Origin: Lingula anatina
Lineage: Eukaryota; Animalia; Brachiopoda
Length of the DNA stretch: 64,000 bases
Direction: 5' to 3'
NCBI GenBank assembly: GCA_051362555.1
Contig: CM120640.1
Location: forward strand, 49,082,788-49,146,787
Shown here: piece after piece, positions 25,301-40,020 of the stretch
Numbering within the stretch: the stretch's first letter is position 1
Layout: each line of letters begins with the position of its first letter
The notes under the pieces: generated by a model
What the model saw: only the letters and a program-made list of their open reading frames with translations
The model's database searches: none
What the model was told of the DNA's origin: nothing
Position numbers and translations under genes: made by a program

Positions 25301-28300
25301 CTTGATTGCAAAAGATGATCTAGAAAAAAAAAGGTGCATTTTCAACTTCTTTCATCGAGATAAAATAATGCTCTATGTGTTATCCATTTAGTGATAAAAA
25401 ATCTGCAGTATGCAGTAACTTTACCCACATCCACTGCAGAACTAGAATTGATTTTTCACAGTTAGTATGTTCATAACATTGTTATTGTTTCTTCTCAGGT
25501 GGCCTGCTGTTGTGGCTCAGTGGCCTGTTCCCTGTGCTGTGCATGTTGCCCTTCCATCAATGAATCCACCAGCACTCGTATCATGTACACATTGTTCTAT
25601 ATACTGGGGACATTAATAGCAGTCCTCATGCTCACACCACAGATACAGGAAGAGCTGGTGGAAAATGTAAGCTAACTGGTGTAACATGAAAATCTGACTC
25701 CCCCAGTCAAAATTTCATAATGAAAATCTGACTCCCCCCCATGAAATATTGACTCCCCTTCACAAAACTTAATAAATCTTATTTTATTTGAGTATATAAC
25801 TTTTTATCTTGTAGTATGCACAATGGGGGATACATTGGCACTTTTAGAAAATTTTTATGAGAAAATAAGAAATTTTGAAATGTGTATTTTTCTACCCTAT
25901 TTGTATTTTTCCACCCTACAGGTAGTAAGATGAATACTTATTTCAAAAATAATCGATTTTCACCAAAATTTTCACCACCAAACTTTCAAATACTTACAAA
26001 AAATATGTCACAATGCAAACAATGAAAACAATGGTATGGTGGCTAAATATAAAATGGGGCCCTTTCTTCATGGGAGTCCAAAGCCCATAGGTTTGAATAT
26101 GAAGATTTTTCTTTTTGTTTTTTTTTTTTGTTTTTTTTTTTTTTTTTGCACCCAATATTTTACCACCAAACTTCCAAATACTTCCAATATATTCTTCATA
26201 AATAATGCTAAGGGAAAGATGTTGAAATGATCACCAAATATCAAACAAATTAGCTTTTTCATAGTCATTGGGTGGTAAAATACACATTTTTAATTTTCTT
26301 ATTTTCTCATTAAAGTTTTCACCTGCAAACTAATAAAAAGTGCCAATATATACTCCATTGTGCATACTTCAGTATAAAAGTCATATACTCAAGTAAAATA
26401 AGATTTATAAAGCTTTGTGGGGGAGTCAAAATTTCATGGAAGGGGAGTCACATTTTCATCATGAAAAATTGACTGAGGAGTCACATTTTGGGGGTGTCAC
26501 ATTTTCATGGTACACCGGGTCCACTATCACAAAAATTTTCCTATCGCCAAAACCATCCAGTTTTTCATAACTTGGAAGACTGAAAGTTTTGGTTCACTAT
26601 CTGTATCTAGAATAAATCACTACTATAGTGTAATTAATTGTAATAATTGTATATCAACTGAGCTTTTTTTTTTTTTTTTTGTGAAACTTGTCCCTGATCT
26701 TATAATAGTTGAACAACAATTAAAAAATACAATCCCCTCCCCCCCCAAAAAGGCATATGCATATCATGTAATGATGCAAGTTAAATAGAAATATTTTTAA
26801 AACAGGTTTTTTTTTCTTGTTTTGTCTTAACACAAAGTTATTTTATTTTTCTGTGTTGTTTCTCTTCTTAAGAAGCATGCCGTACTGTGGCAGTAACAAG
26901 TTTTTATGGGTATTATTTACATATAAACAAAAAAAAACATGTTTTTGCACCAATATGCAATATTATCATGGGTGATTTGTTCTGTATGGTCACACAAAGT
27001 TCTTAATGAATAGTTTTATATTGCAGAAGTTTTATGGAAGAGAAACAATAAAAAGTTATGAATGTACAACTTTTCAGATGCCATACTTCAATGAAACCTG
27101 CATGTTCCTGAATGCAGGTCCAAACTGTAGGCGTTTGGTGGGCTATATGGCTGTATACAGGATAGGCTTTGCCATGACGGCCTTCTATCTGATCTTTATG
27201 GTCATCACATTTGGTGTTGCTACCAGCAAAAGTTGTAGGGCAGGAATACATAATGGGTAATGACATGAACTGTTTTAGACTTCACTAAATGCTCTATTTA
27301 TAATAGCTTTGCAAGCATGCAGATATTTTAATAGTTATTAAAATATGAAAAGAATGATTAAAAAGTGTCACAAAGAATGCACATTTTAATGTTTTAATGA
27401 AAATTTAAGTATAGACATGTTCATTCATTCAGTTTATTCATAATTTTTTTCTATTTATCCTTGAAGTAACGATTGTAGGTTATCATCACTTTTTCTTTCA
27501 GGTTCTGGTGCTTTAAGCTTCTAATATTTATTGGGATCATAATTGGCTCATTTTTCATTAAGAATAATAAAATTATAAGCCTTGGTAAGTTTGATAAGTA
27601 AGTCTAGCAGTGTAACACCATGAATCAAGAACTATTCTGGCATAACAAAAATCTTAATGTTTTCTTATGAATGTATATAGTCACAGTGTCAGTATGTACA
27701 ATTCATCTCTAAGGTTCTGATTTCTCCTGTATAAACACATATTAATATGGACTTCTGCTCGAGTTATTGCATTAGTGCAGTTTGTGTGTGATACAGTTTA
27801 GCGATAAAAATTTTTCATATCAAGCCTTAGGCTTTTAGTGCATTTACTGTGTCTATTAATGTATTACATATTTGACCTTTGCACAAATGGAAATCGTAAA
27901 ATATTGACTTTACTGTTATTTGTCTCTAGTATGGATGTATGTGGGAATGGTTGGAGGCTTCATATTCATTGTGCTGCAGTTACTGCTATTGGTGGATTTT
28001 GCACACACTTGGAATGGAAAATGGTAGGATGGTGCTTCAGACAGTCCAAAGTTTAGAAACAAACTTCAGCACCAAAAAAGCATCACAGCAAAATGTCCAT
28101 ATCAAAGAAAAATTAAATTTTGTGTAACTTAATTTTCATATAGTCTTAAATATTATGTCATTTTTATTTAAGGACAAAATGTTCTCTGATTACATTTCTC
28201 ACCGTGGGTTATGGGACTGAAAAGCAATTGTGTGTCTGGATTCTGAAGGTCTACTTGACAGTCAATAACTTATTTCTCCTTAAATGTATAAAGATGGCAA

Positions 28301-31300
28301 GATGTTTCTTTCAATATAATATATTTCTTACATACAGGCTTGGGAAAACAAAAGGTGTAAAAGGGAACAGATGTTGGCATGGTGGTAAGTCTTGGTATAC
28401 TGTCAGATATATAGTCACACATGCACTTAAGATTGGGACGAATCTTTTTCAGTTATATATAACATTAAAATTGATTGTTATATTGTACATGTATTCAAGT
28501 ATAATTGCAGTTTATTTAAAAGTTATATGAAAAGAGCATTGAAAATATTTTAAAGTCTTGTTTACATGAAAAAATGTTTTGAAAGGTCTTTTTCAACAGA
28601 CAAACATGCATTTATTGATTTTACTAAATTTGTTTTGATTTGCCTTATTTTCTTTTAGTTGTGATAACAGTGGCTCTAGTATTCTTCACCATTGCCATTG
28701 TGGGTATAGCCTTTCTGTTTGTCAACTTCACCCACCCCAATCCAAGGTTTTGTGTGAAGAATAAAATCTTTATTGGGGTCAATGCAGGACTGTGCTTACT
28801 CATGTCACTTCTCTCTATCACACCTTGTGTGATGAAAAGTAAGCCATTGTCTTTGTTGTTCTTAGTTTGTATTAATAAAAATTTACAGCAATAGATGACA
28901 GAGATGCCCTAAAATGATTGTGCATTATTTGTTTAGTATTTAATATGTTTTCGAGGTTTATCCACCAAAAATAGGCTTATGGACTAAAGCATAGTGGTAA
29001 TAATATTGGCAATTACTAATATCAGTTAAAGGATTGTATTGGTTTTCTCGGTAAGAAATTTTACTGTACTCTTGAGATTTTACTGTACTCTTGAGATTGG
29101 AATTCAAGTGTTTACAATGATCATATATGTATGAGTTTGATTGCATTGGTTTTAGTTGGGAATGTTTCTTTGTTGGATTTATCAGCTCTTTTCCAAATGA
29201 AATATGACCAGCATCTGCATGACTATTGATATGATTTTGTTATTGTTTCTGTAGGTAATCCTAATTCTGGTTTACTCCAGTCTTCCATAATATCAGTCTA
29301 TGTGATCTACCTCACCTGGTCTGCCATGACCAGTGAACCTCCAGAAATTGGTAAGATTAGAGTGCTGAAATTTTGCAAGATGTAAAATCATATGTAATGG
29401 AAACTTTTATTAACTAAAAAACAATGTTTTTAAGTTAATAAATCTAGTTAAACTGGCTTTACATTGAAATATTTTTGGAATGTTCAGTGACACTTTTCGA
29501 AAACTTGGATTTTGCTACCCTGGCACTCTCATGTAGATATTTGAAAATGGCAAACGGTGAATATTTTTTCTCAATTCTCAATTCAACTCTAGGGTATTTT
29601 GTCATTTTGTTTATCCAGTGATGTGTTCCTTCTCACTTTTTTTCCTTCTTATTTCCCCCAGTGCCTCATGATGACTCTTACCACAGGGATGTGCCTACAA
29701 AGATAGCATCAGAGGGAAAACCTTTACCTTCAACCCCTCTTCCCTCTCCAGCGGGGGTGATGGCAGAGGAGAAAACAAACCACACTGAGGTCTTATGTCG
29801 CCCACCCTCATTTAGTTTCTTAAGATTTGATGACACAGACAGGGCAGACATGGTTGCAGCTTATGTTGGCTTGTTTATAACATTAATTATGGCTATATAT
29901 GCAAGGTAATATTGGTGTTTAAGTTTAAGTTGCATTCAGGGCAAATTATCCTGTGGAAAAAAGTTATATTTTGAAAAAACTTGTATTAAAAATATTAACA
30001 GTATAAATAAAAGTAATCAGAAGATTAATGATTTGTGTAGTAAAGTATCTTAAAATTTGTATAAACATCTGTGTCAAATTTAGAAGTATTTAAGAGTTCG
30101 CTTATCACATTAGTACTTGTTGTTTATTACATTTAGTCTGAGTACATCTCACGAGTCCCATCGGTTGGGTGTGGTCCCCAGTGAGCCAGTAAGTATTACT
30201 AAGATTATTTTTTCTTATGCATCTAATTTACAATTGTTTGTATGCCATTTATGAATATCTGAAAGATAATCAACTCAGATATAAAGGATTCCCTAGAAGT
30301 GAGTTTCCCCAGCATCTTTTTGCTAATTTGTTTTTTTATGATGCCTTGTTTATTTTTTACAGCATGACTGGTGTACATGCTGTGCAGGTAAGCACTTTTC
30401 ATATACGACTGTCAAGTTTTTGAAATTGAAAGCAATCAGATAGAAATTCAAGATACAATCCAGAAATATTTCCATAAGATATTTTCAAATAACAAACTTG
30501 TTGAGGATGCTTATGTATTACAGCTTTCTTTCCCATTTGGAGTTCTCATGGCTAAAAGTACATTACTTTTTTTTTTACACCTCAAGTCAGATTCATTTAA
30601 CTGTATGATGAACAAATCATGTGAAACCAATCAATCTTTTATTATTTTTATGGGTGCATAAATGTAATGACCTTTTTGTTTAAAGCGATAATTATAATAA
30701 AGAGCTTCAAACATATTTTTGTTTTTAAAAAAATCTTTACAAAATCACAGTGCTGCAATTCAATTGTCCTGCAGCACAAGAGTCAGATGAAGTAGATGGG
30801 GAGAACTACCCAAACTTGATGCGTAATGAAAAGGGTGGAGTGGTCTACAGCTATTCTTTCTTCCACCTCATGTTCTCATTGGCCAGTTTGTATATTATGA
30901 TGCAGCTCACTAACTGGTACATGTAAGTCAATAAACATACTTCTTTGCATACTGATGTAGTAAGATTGCTTCAGAGGGAGTGACATTTATCGGTAATATT
31001 TATTGACCAGCCAAAAGTGTGTAATTAGTAGTTATAGCAGCAGTATAATTATAACAAATATCAGTGCTGTGCCTTTTGTGAAGTATGTAGTATTACCATT
31101 TCTAAGGGATATGAAATTAAAAGAGTTATATAAATACACTGTTTCAGGCCAGAAGATGCTGACATAAATAGCTTTGGTTTCAACTGGTCGTCTGTGTGGG
31201 TGAAAATGGCATCTAGTTGGACATGTGTCATCATATATGTATGGACAATGTTTTTACCAAAGTGTATACCAGGCAGGGATTTTTCTATGATTTATTACAA

Positions 31301-31433
31301 AGAGCCACAAGAAGAGGAAGCTAGAGATGAAGAAACACCTATGAACGAAAGGTCAAGGAGGTCAAAAGGGAAAGGTCAAAAAGGCAAGGCCAAAAAAGGA
31401 AAGAAAGGGAGAGCATCAGAAACAGTAGTTTGA
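22338..31433 (+). CDS. SERINC: Serine incorporator, SERINC5-like (~13 exons)
   Basis: [11 protein letters not shown]|[49 protein letters not shown]|[70 protein letters not shown]. Exons ~22338-22370, 25499-25666, 27078-27256, 27502-27584, 27930-28024, 28338-28384, 28659-28838, 29255-29350, 29662-29905, 30137-30188, 30363-30387, 30751/30775-30922, 31148-31433. Confidence 0.93.
25676..26518. mobile_element. ~840-bp foldback/MITE with ~200-bp TIRs and subterminal repeats in SERINC intron 2
   Basis: CTGGTGTAACATGAAAAT..GACTCCCC repeats and CACAATGG..ATTGGCACTTTT on the left are mirrored by AAAAGTGCCAAT..CCATTGTG and GGGGAGTC..ATTTTCATGGTACACCGG on the right; TSD not evident. Confidence 0.8.
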
Positions 31434-33778
31434 TCATTTGCAAATATGTCATAGTATGAAATATATGCTATTTTCTGCACTGAGAATGGGTGATTTTGAT
31501 CACACAGAACAGATAATGATGCATTTTTTTGCTTAGAGCAGGTTTTGAATGGCCTATGCATTATTTGTGGTGCATACACAAGTGTGGAAAAAACAGCTCA
31601 CTTCTCACTCTGCACCATTAAGTGAGAAAAAAGTTTTTTTTTTTTTGCTTTTAAAGGCAATTTATCCAAATGTGATAGTCTATTACTTTGCATTTTAGGC
31701 AAAATACGTTGTAATATTTGACAAGCACCTGTATAAGCCCAGTTACATGTATTGTCCTGTGATTAGAAGTGGATACTGCTCAGAAAATCTAAGGCCTATT
31801 AATTTTGATAAGGGTATATTCTGATGATTGTTTTATATATCATACATATTTTAGTCTTACAAATAGTAACATGAAAATGCCATATTTTTATCATATATGT
31901 CAAAATTAACCTTGTTTTTGAATCATACTTTATTTTAAATACCAAATTGTGACCTTGCTTTCAATGTAAGCTTTGATCATAAAAACACCTGTTTTTTTCC
32001 CTATTTTCCATCTTGTAATGAGGATTATGTTGTGCAATGTAGCAAATGAGCCTTTTCTGTAAGGCATAAGAGTTAGGTATCAGCAATTACCACCTATTTC
32101 ATAGTTCATATGTGACTTTTGTTTGGTGTTCTACATGTTAATTATCATTAAAATTACTTTAAAAGACTGAAGAAGAAAGTTTCAGGGAGCCATTCCTTTT
32201 CAAAATATTTTCTCAAATTAAAATATCTGTAAAACAACATGTCAGAAACGTGTTAAACCAGAGTTTACATAAGAACATGTAGTGTTGGTAATTAATCTGA
32301 AAATTAATATAATATATTTTCAGCAAAAATGAAAGGTTCCTACTTTTTTTATAATTTTACCCTCTTTGTAGGTTATGTCATTTACCAACTGCACTGCAGC
32401 AGGTTTACTCTTTTAATTCAGATTAGTTCTCTCTAACACTTGATATAAGGTTTTGAATATTTTGCATATAAAACATGACATTTTTCTTCATGTATCTTAT
32501 ATTTTATTATCATTTTGTAATAAATGTTTCAATTTTTGTTTGGGTTCTTTATCATTATGATTTGCAAAAGTGGGTATCAGTAAATTTATTGTTAAGTGAA
32601 ATCATGTTTTTCTTTAAGAAAATAAAAAGTAAATAGCATCCAATAAGATTTTAGAGGCAATTTAATAAAATGTTACGAATTGGTCATCCTAAATAGTTAT
32701 TATACGAAATGAACTCATTATGCTAAAAATATTACAAGCCAAGCAAATCCATAGACCAACTAAAATAATTCGTATATGACTGTACAAAATAAATTTCCAA
32801 TGACACCTTTAAGTTTAAGTGCAAGTTGGCTTTTCTGTCAGCCTGTTTTGACCACAATTTCTTATAAAAAAACTTGCAAGACTTCTTATGGGAACTGAAA
32901 TAATACAAAGAAATCACAATTGCATAATAACAAAGCCATATTTGGCATAATAACAAAGCTGCAGCTTAATTGTATGTTACAATGACAAATGGTGATTAAT
33001 GATGTGTGATGTTGTTATTAATGTACTGGGTAGTATCCTATCCGACGTAAAGGTGAAATTGAATTAACATGCTGATATTCTACAATCTGACATATCTACT
33101 TGTACTGGTAGTTAAGATAACACCTTCTCAAGTTAATAATAATATTGACAAAACTTGCTACTGTATATCAAGAAATATTGCATTCTGCATATAACAAAAA
33201 AAGATAATATGACCTTTTGGAAGATGAGATTTTTAATTCAACAATTCAAGTCAACATTTTCCTTACATTCTGCGAAACCAGAAACATACTAAAATATTTT
33301 ACCATTCATCTTTACAATTCTATATACTCACTTATCAAGGCCTCCCTATTACTATTGATCTGTATTCTGCACCATGATATTAAAGCCCTTCAATGACCTA
33401 ACTTCTCTACATTCAAACTGGCTTCAAGAAAACTATTTATGAAAATAATATTGCATGTAGCCTTTTCACTCCAACCATAATATTTGGCCTTAAATACCCT
33501 ATCATTGGCATCAAAAGCACCGCTGTATAAAATGGTATTGGCAATTTTCTTTAAGCAAAACCAATAAGTGAATGGATGATTTTGGATCCACATGATGAAA
33601 TGCATACAAAATATAAATGTGAAGTTCACTTCAATCATGCTAGTTTTTATGCAAAGTTTCACATTTGCATTTGGTATAGTTACATAAAATGAAACCTGCT
33701 CAATCATTCTGCAGAAATGAGCATACAGTATGAATGTCTATTCAACAAATATTTTCTGTTGGTATGGAAGAGCTGCAT

Positions 33779-35500
33779 CTAAAAGTTCTCATAATGGTGG
33801 ATGAAAGCTGCGCCATCGTACTTGTTGAGATTAGTGCAAGCAGTTTCCACATTTCTTGTCATTGCAGGAGGACCGCAACTAAACACACCAATTTTTCCAA
33901 CCTGAAATAAGAGAAAAGAAAATTAAAACTACACATAAGGAATGTTACCTGACTGGTCACCTGTTTATTGACATATGGCTAGTATGTCAATATAGTATTT
34001 ATATATCAATAAATCAGGTGATCAGTCCATCCATACCTAACTACTGAAAGGTGAGACCGTAACATTGGTCACTTGCTAATGTAAGTTCCAGAATAAAAAT
34101 CATACATATTTCCAATTGTAATCCTAACAGATGACTGAAAACATTTACTCATCATGAAACTGATAACTGATGTTTTTAAAAAGTCAAATGGAAAGAATTT
34201 GCTTTCATCAGAAAAACACGTTCACATATACAATGTGAGACAAGATCATAAAATATATGGGAAACAAAATATTTATTTCAATACTGATTCAGGATATAAA
34301 AGAGTAATAACCTTAGTCAACTTAAACATACATTATCATTTGACTAAGAATTACAAAAATCCCTCAAACTACTCACATCTGGGTGCTCTTCTTGCAGTGA
34401 GTCGAGAAAGTTCTCAAACTGTGGTCGTCCAAAATGTGTGATTGACCTCAGACCAGTAAATAAACTGCGTTCTGAGATCTTTTGAAAATGCCTCTCACAG
34501 ATGTACTGAAAAAGATTAAATACTTTTTATCTTTGATTTAATATAATGGCATCTTAATATTGATCCCAAAAAAAAATAATTTCATGAATTCAACAAAATA
34601 ATAATAATAATAATAATAATAATTATAATATCAATAATAAAATTGAATAATTTCATACAACTCAAAATGAAAAATAAGGAAAAATATCATGACATTGGAA
34701 ATGCAAATATATACAATGATAACAAAATATTTCTATATGCTTACCAGCATGGTTGTCCTTAAGTCAAATTTGTGGAAAAACTGTGTAATGAAAATATGCA
34801 CAGACACTAGCCCATTTCTGTCCTTTTCTTCAACTTCACGGATGATGTCTGTTAACCACTCAAAGTGCTTCTGTGTCCTTGTCACCCACAAGAAATAAAT
34901 CTGGAAATATCAAAAAGGAATATTTTGTTTCACTTTTATTTCTTTAAGGAAGCAATAAAACCATGGACTCTGATACAGTTTGGACACCACTAGTTTTCAC
35001 ATAATCCAATCTGATTAAAAAAAAAAAAACAGAAAAATTAGAGCAGAAAGAAAATACCTTTTTGCATGTAAATTTAGCTCCAATGGCAGAGCGATGGACA
35101 AGGTCCTTCAAGATGGAGGCAAATGGTGTGACACCAATACCACCCCCCACCAGAACAGAGACATCAAATTTGTACCAGTCCTGGTGACCCTCTCCAAATG
35201 GACCATCAAGGTATAACTGTGTGCAAGAAAATAAACAGATCATGTAGTATATGTACTGGATAAACTGCAGCAATCATAAAGGATGCAAATATGTGAGATA
35301 TTGAATCTTATTTAGATACTCTTTATTCTAAAAATGTAATGTAATGTTTTACACAAAATACTGTTATATTTACATTCAAAAATGATAAACAAAATATAAA
35401 CATATTACAAGTTATTACTGTTATAATCCTATCTTCCATTTATATAAACTGAGAAGTTGCGACTTCTTGCATTCTTACTCTACACACACATATCCACACA

Positions 35501-35538
<38 letters not shown>

Positions 35539-38500
35539 ATATAGTTAAAAGGTATAATTGCTTCTAACCAAACATATATTCATTTACCTTTGGAAAAGCA
35601 TGTTCCTTCAGTACAGATGGGTCATATGTGTGTCTCAAATTCATGGTCCAGGGCCCCACTGCTCTGATGTGTAGAGACAGTGTGTCTTCATGTGGAGCAG
35701 ATGTTAATGTAAATGGATGATATTCGTTCTCCCCCATTGTAATACAAGCAATGCGTACCCACTGGCCTGACTTGTACTCAAAACTGGTTGGTTTCTTGAA
35801 CTCCAGGAAGGTAATGTCTGTGGGAAATTAAAATATAACACTGATTAGAAAAAAAATACAATTTACACTCTTATTGAAGTATTTAAAGTTCAGTAGGTTA
35901 TCACTAAATCACAAAAAAAAGAAAAATACCTGATGGCAGTGCCTCAGCCTTGAGCACAGCAATTTCCACCTTGTTTCTGCTCACACTGACTAACTTGTCC
36001 AGGGCAAACAAGATCAAGGGACCCAGAATGAAATAATGGGTGAAGCCTGGCTGGACCAGACGACCTGCACCATGCATCACCATCAATATGTACAAAAGAT
36101 AAAACATGTTGTGCGTAATCCAAAAAGCTCGGAAGCAATGGCGTCTGGAGTACTGGGTGGCAAACACATACATCAAGATGACCAGTAATGTAAGCAGGAC
36201 ACCAGTAAAGCCTGTGATGGTATTCCAACACCAGTAGGTGAATGTGGGCAGTTGATGCGTTCTGGAGAAAATAGAACATAAATGACTTCTACTTTATTTT
36301 AAATACACAAAATGAATTGAAACGTCTGGGGTTCTTTTTACCTTTAACTGAAAATGGGTTCTGAAAAAATATAAAATCATCAAATTTGTTCTATGCAAGT
36401 ACCCATGCAGATATGGATTGTACTTTTATGGGCTTTGTCTTACTGTCTTACTGCTAGTTCTACATGTGGTTGACTTGTTCAATGCTATGTTTTTTCTATA
36501 ATTTATCTAGAAAGCATAATTTTTAATTTAAAACCAGAAGCAGAGTCCCAAACAATTATATTCATGTCCACAAAATAAGCAGCAGAGAATCTAACATTAT
36601 TGGATTCCTTCAAAAAGCATATTGAATCAATATATTAAATATAGCTAATTTTTATATTGTTCATACTTACGCCCTGAAGAAGTCCCTAAAGTAGCAAGTG
36701 ACGTCCCCAGGCAACTGAGTAGAAATGTGGTAAAAGTTGATACCATGACCAATAATATGCATTGCTGAAAAAAAGTTATCAATGATCTATTAACCAAGCA
36801 TAATTTCACAACTGTTGAATAGCAAAAGTTACAAAATCCAGCAGATTTAACTTTTTAATACATGTATATATTACCTTACCTGTAAAGAAAAGGGCCCATG
36901 CTGCAATAAACTTGTGGAATGTAATGGCAGAATCAAACGGGATAAACCTATGTGCAACTGTTTCTCTGAGGAATGTGATGAGATTGCGACACATTGTCAC
37001 AAGTAGACATGCAAAGGTAAACATCATTCCACTAGCAGCACCACGTGTAACAGTGACACCAAAGCCTGCAATCCTACGAAGACCTGCATGTTCTCTCTCA
37101 ATAGAGTAGTCTACAATGACAGAAAATGTACATATACAAAAATCTATGAAAGTAGATGAATTAAGAACACTACATCTGATATTAGATAAAAACATACACA
37201 TAATAATTCACCTATTCTTTGTAACATTTCTGCACTTCTTTTTAAAGGTTTCTTTGAAATCAAAGCATCTCCTTTACAATATTTGACCAAAAACTCCTTC
37301 AATTTGAATAATAAAAAACTTTGCTTTCTGTTGAGCTTTAAATTTTCAAAAAGCCTTAACATTTTCTCAACCTTACAAAATCTACCATTTTCAAAACCCA
37401 ATCATTTGTCAAGTCAACTTACAGTAAGCTCTTTCAACAAAGATTCCAATGCAGACCAAGGAATACAGTACACTCCAGAAAATGTGAAAGCGGTAATTCT
37501 CAAAATATCGAAGAACTGCTGTGTATCTTTTTTGTGTCTTAGTTTTTGGTGCCTTCTGCTTGGTTGTCTCCACCTTGAATCCTGGGGTAGAAGACATCCG
37601 TTTGGACCTGGAGCCATCATTCTCAACACTAAATAGAAAATAATGATAAAAGTATAGTATTGTATTTGTTATGTACCCGATATGTATTACTTATTCACCT
37701 CATATTCTATGCCTTTATAAATAACAATGTACAATTGTTTATTTATTTATTTTAACACATACCTATGCACATTCCAGGCCTTGAAACATCATGCACATTT
37801 AAGGGATAACAACTGTTCATATGATATCCATATTTCACAATAAATACATGGTAAACAACTCAAAGAAATATAGTATATTCTATAATACCACAAAAATGGC
37901 GGTTACAGCAATAATCCTGACATCTGTGTTTGCCATAGGAAAATATGAACTCCAAAGATGGCTATACTCTGTAATAATCTCTTAAGAGATTATTACCAAA
38001 AAACAAACTTTTTTGGAAAAGAAAACAGGGACTTACTTCGAATGTAGAGATGGATTCATAAACCATTGCTAAGCATGGAAAAATTGTCTTTTACCCCAGG
38101 AAAATTCATTTTTGACCAAAATGAACAATTGTTATCCCTTAAACAATAACTACATCTTTTACAATTACCTAAATGCTCTGACAATAGTCTTGCGTGCTCT
38201 AGTTGGTGCATTTTCACGTAATACAGTATTGCGTGCACCTGTTGGTTTCTGCTGTGGCACATCAACACCAGTCGCTGAAGAAAACAGAACAAGGCATTGC
38301 ATTATGTGGAAACTGTCATCATGTATATTGTAAAAATAAATAAATAAAATCTTTTTTAACTTTTAAAAAAGGGGACACCCTTTAAGCGTTTTAAAAAACT
38401 TTAAAAATCTCAGTAACTTTTTAAAATAAATTTTTCTAAATGCCAAACAAGGCACTTTTTCTACTATTTTTTTTCCTGACATTAAAGAGAAAAAGGTCAT

Positions 38501-39970
38501 AGTAAACACACAATTTGGGTCTGAAAGTATCTACTGGACTATCCTGTTGTAAATGAAGCACCCAGTTACCTTGCCAGTTCAGCTGTGCATACTGCAGTAT
38601 GTCCTCATGGCCTCTCAGGAGCCGCTGGAAATCCTCAAATGTGATTTGGGATTTATCAGCCAAACCAGCAGACTTCATCATGTTGTCAACTACCTGGTTG
38701 ATCTGGCTTTCCTCCACTGAAGTGTTGGCCAATTCCATCAAAGACCTTAAGGAAAAATTAACATTCCATAAATGCAAACAATACAATACATAATCGTAAT
38801 ATGTCATACAAGTATGTCCCAATTTGTTCAAAATGTCTCTTGATAAAAAAATTTGATTAATTCATTTGGTAGGTCAATGCTTGTATAGGAAATCAACAGT
38901 TTTATTTTTCATTGTGTTTTATTTGCTGATAAAATGTTAAACAATACATCCTCAAATTCTGAGTGCTTTAATGATTGCAATCCTGGGAGATTAAACATAC
39001 ACAGGTATATTTATTCAAAATAAGGTATGTAAAGTATTGTTCTCTTACTTACTTGATCATGACATTGAACTCCTTCTTAGTAAGACATCCAGCAGAGGTA
39101 ATATCATACATGTCAAACAGCAACTTCATACGATCTTCAGCTGAGCCTTAAATTTAAAATAAAATTTTAGTAGCCGTGTTTTATACTTTTCTAATTCATC
39201 ATTTCAGTAAATTCCTTTAAGAATATTACATATGAGATTTTTTAAAAAGAATCAAATCATAAAAATAATTCTACTTTGAAATATTTTCTATTTATCCAAA
39301 ACACTTAATTCGATTAAAAAAAAATTTTTTTTAAGTTACACATTGACTTTTACCTTTAGAAAAAATGACAATCATATCCAAAAACTCTCGGAAAGAAATG
39401 TATCCATTCATATCTTTATCCACTAGTTTAAACATATTCTCTACAAACACAGAGCTGGGCTTCATGGACAGAGCTTCAGCAAATTCTATCTTGGTCAGTT
39501 CACAGTTGACAATATCCTTAGCTTCATTGGCATCAAGTGTTTTGGGGTCAACATGTTCATTTTTGATGTCAAATGCCTAGAAATATATTTCCATTTAGTT
39601 AATCATACAGATTTTTTAAAACTATTTAATCTAATTTTTTGAACTATTTAATCAGTGATTATGAAAGTTTTTTTTAAATACTATGTTTACAACAAATATG
39701 TAAAAAAAGTGCATACATACATGGGCAAAGGTGACACGGAAAAACTTCTCAAGAAGACTCTGGCGCTTCGCCTTGGTGACAGCTCCTTCCAAGATGTGTG
39801 CTTCCTGAATTGTCTGAACATTTCTTCCAAGACCAGTATCTCCTAAGAAACGCTCTAGTTTGTCGATAAAATCACCACGCTCGACCATACTATCAAATCT
39901 CAGCACCTTTAAATAACAAATTGTGAGACAAAATTATGAATGGTGATGATCAGTGTTACATGCATTTTAC

Positions 39971-40020
<50 letters not shown>

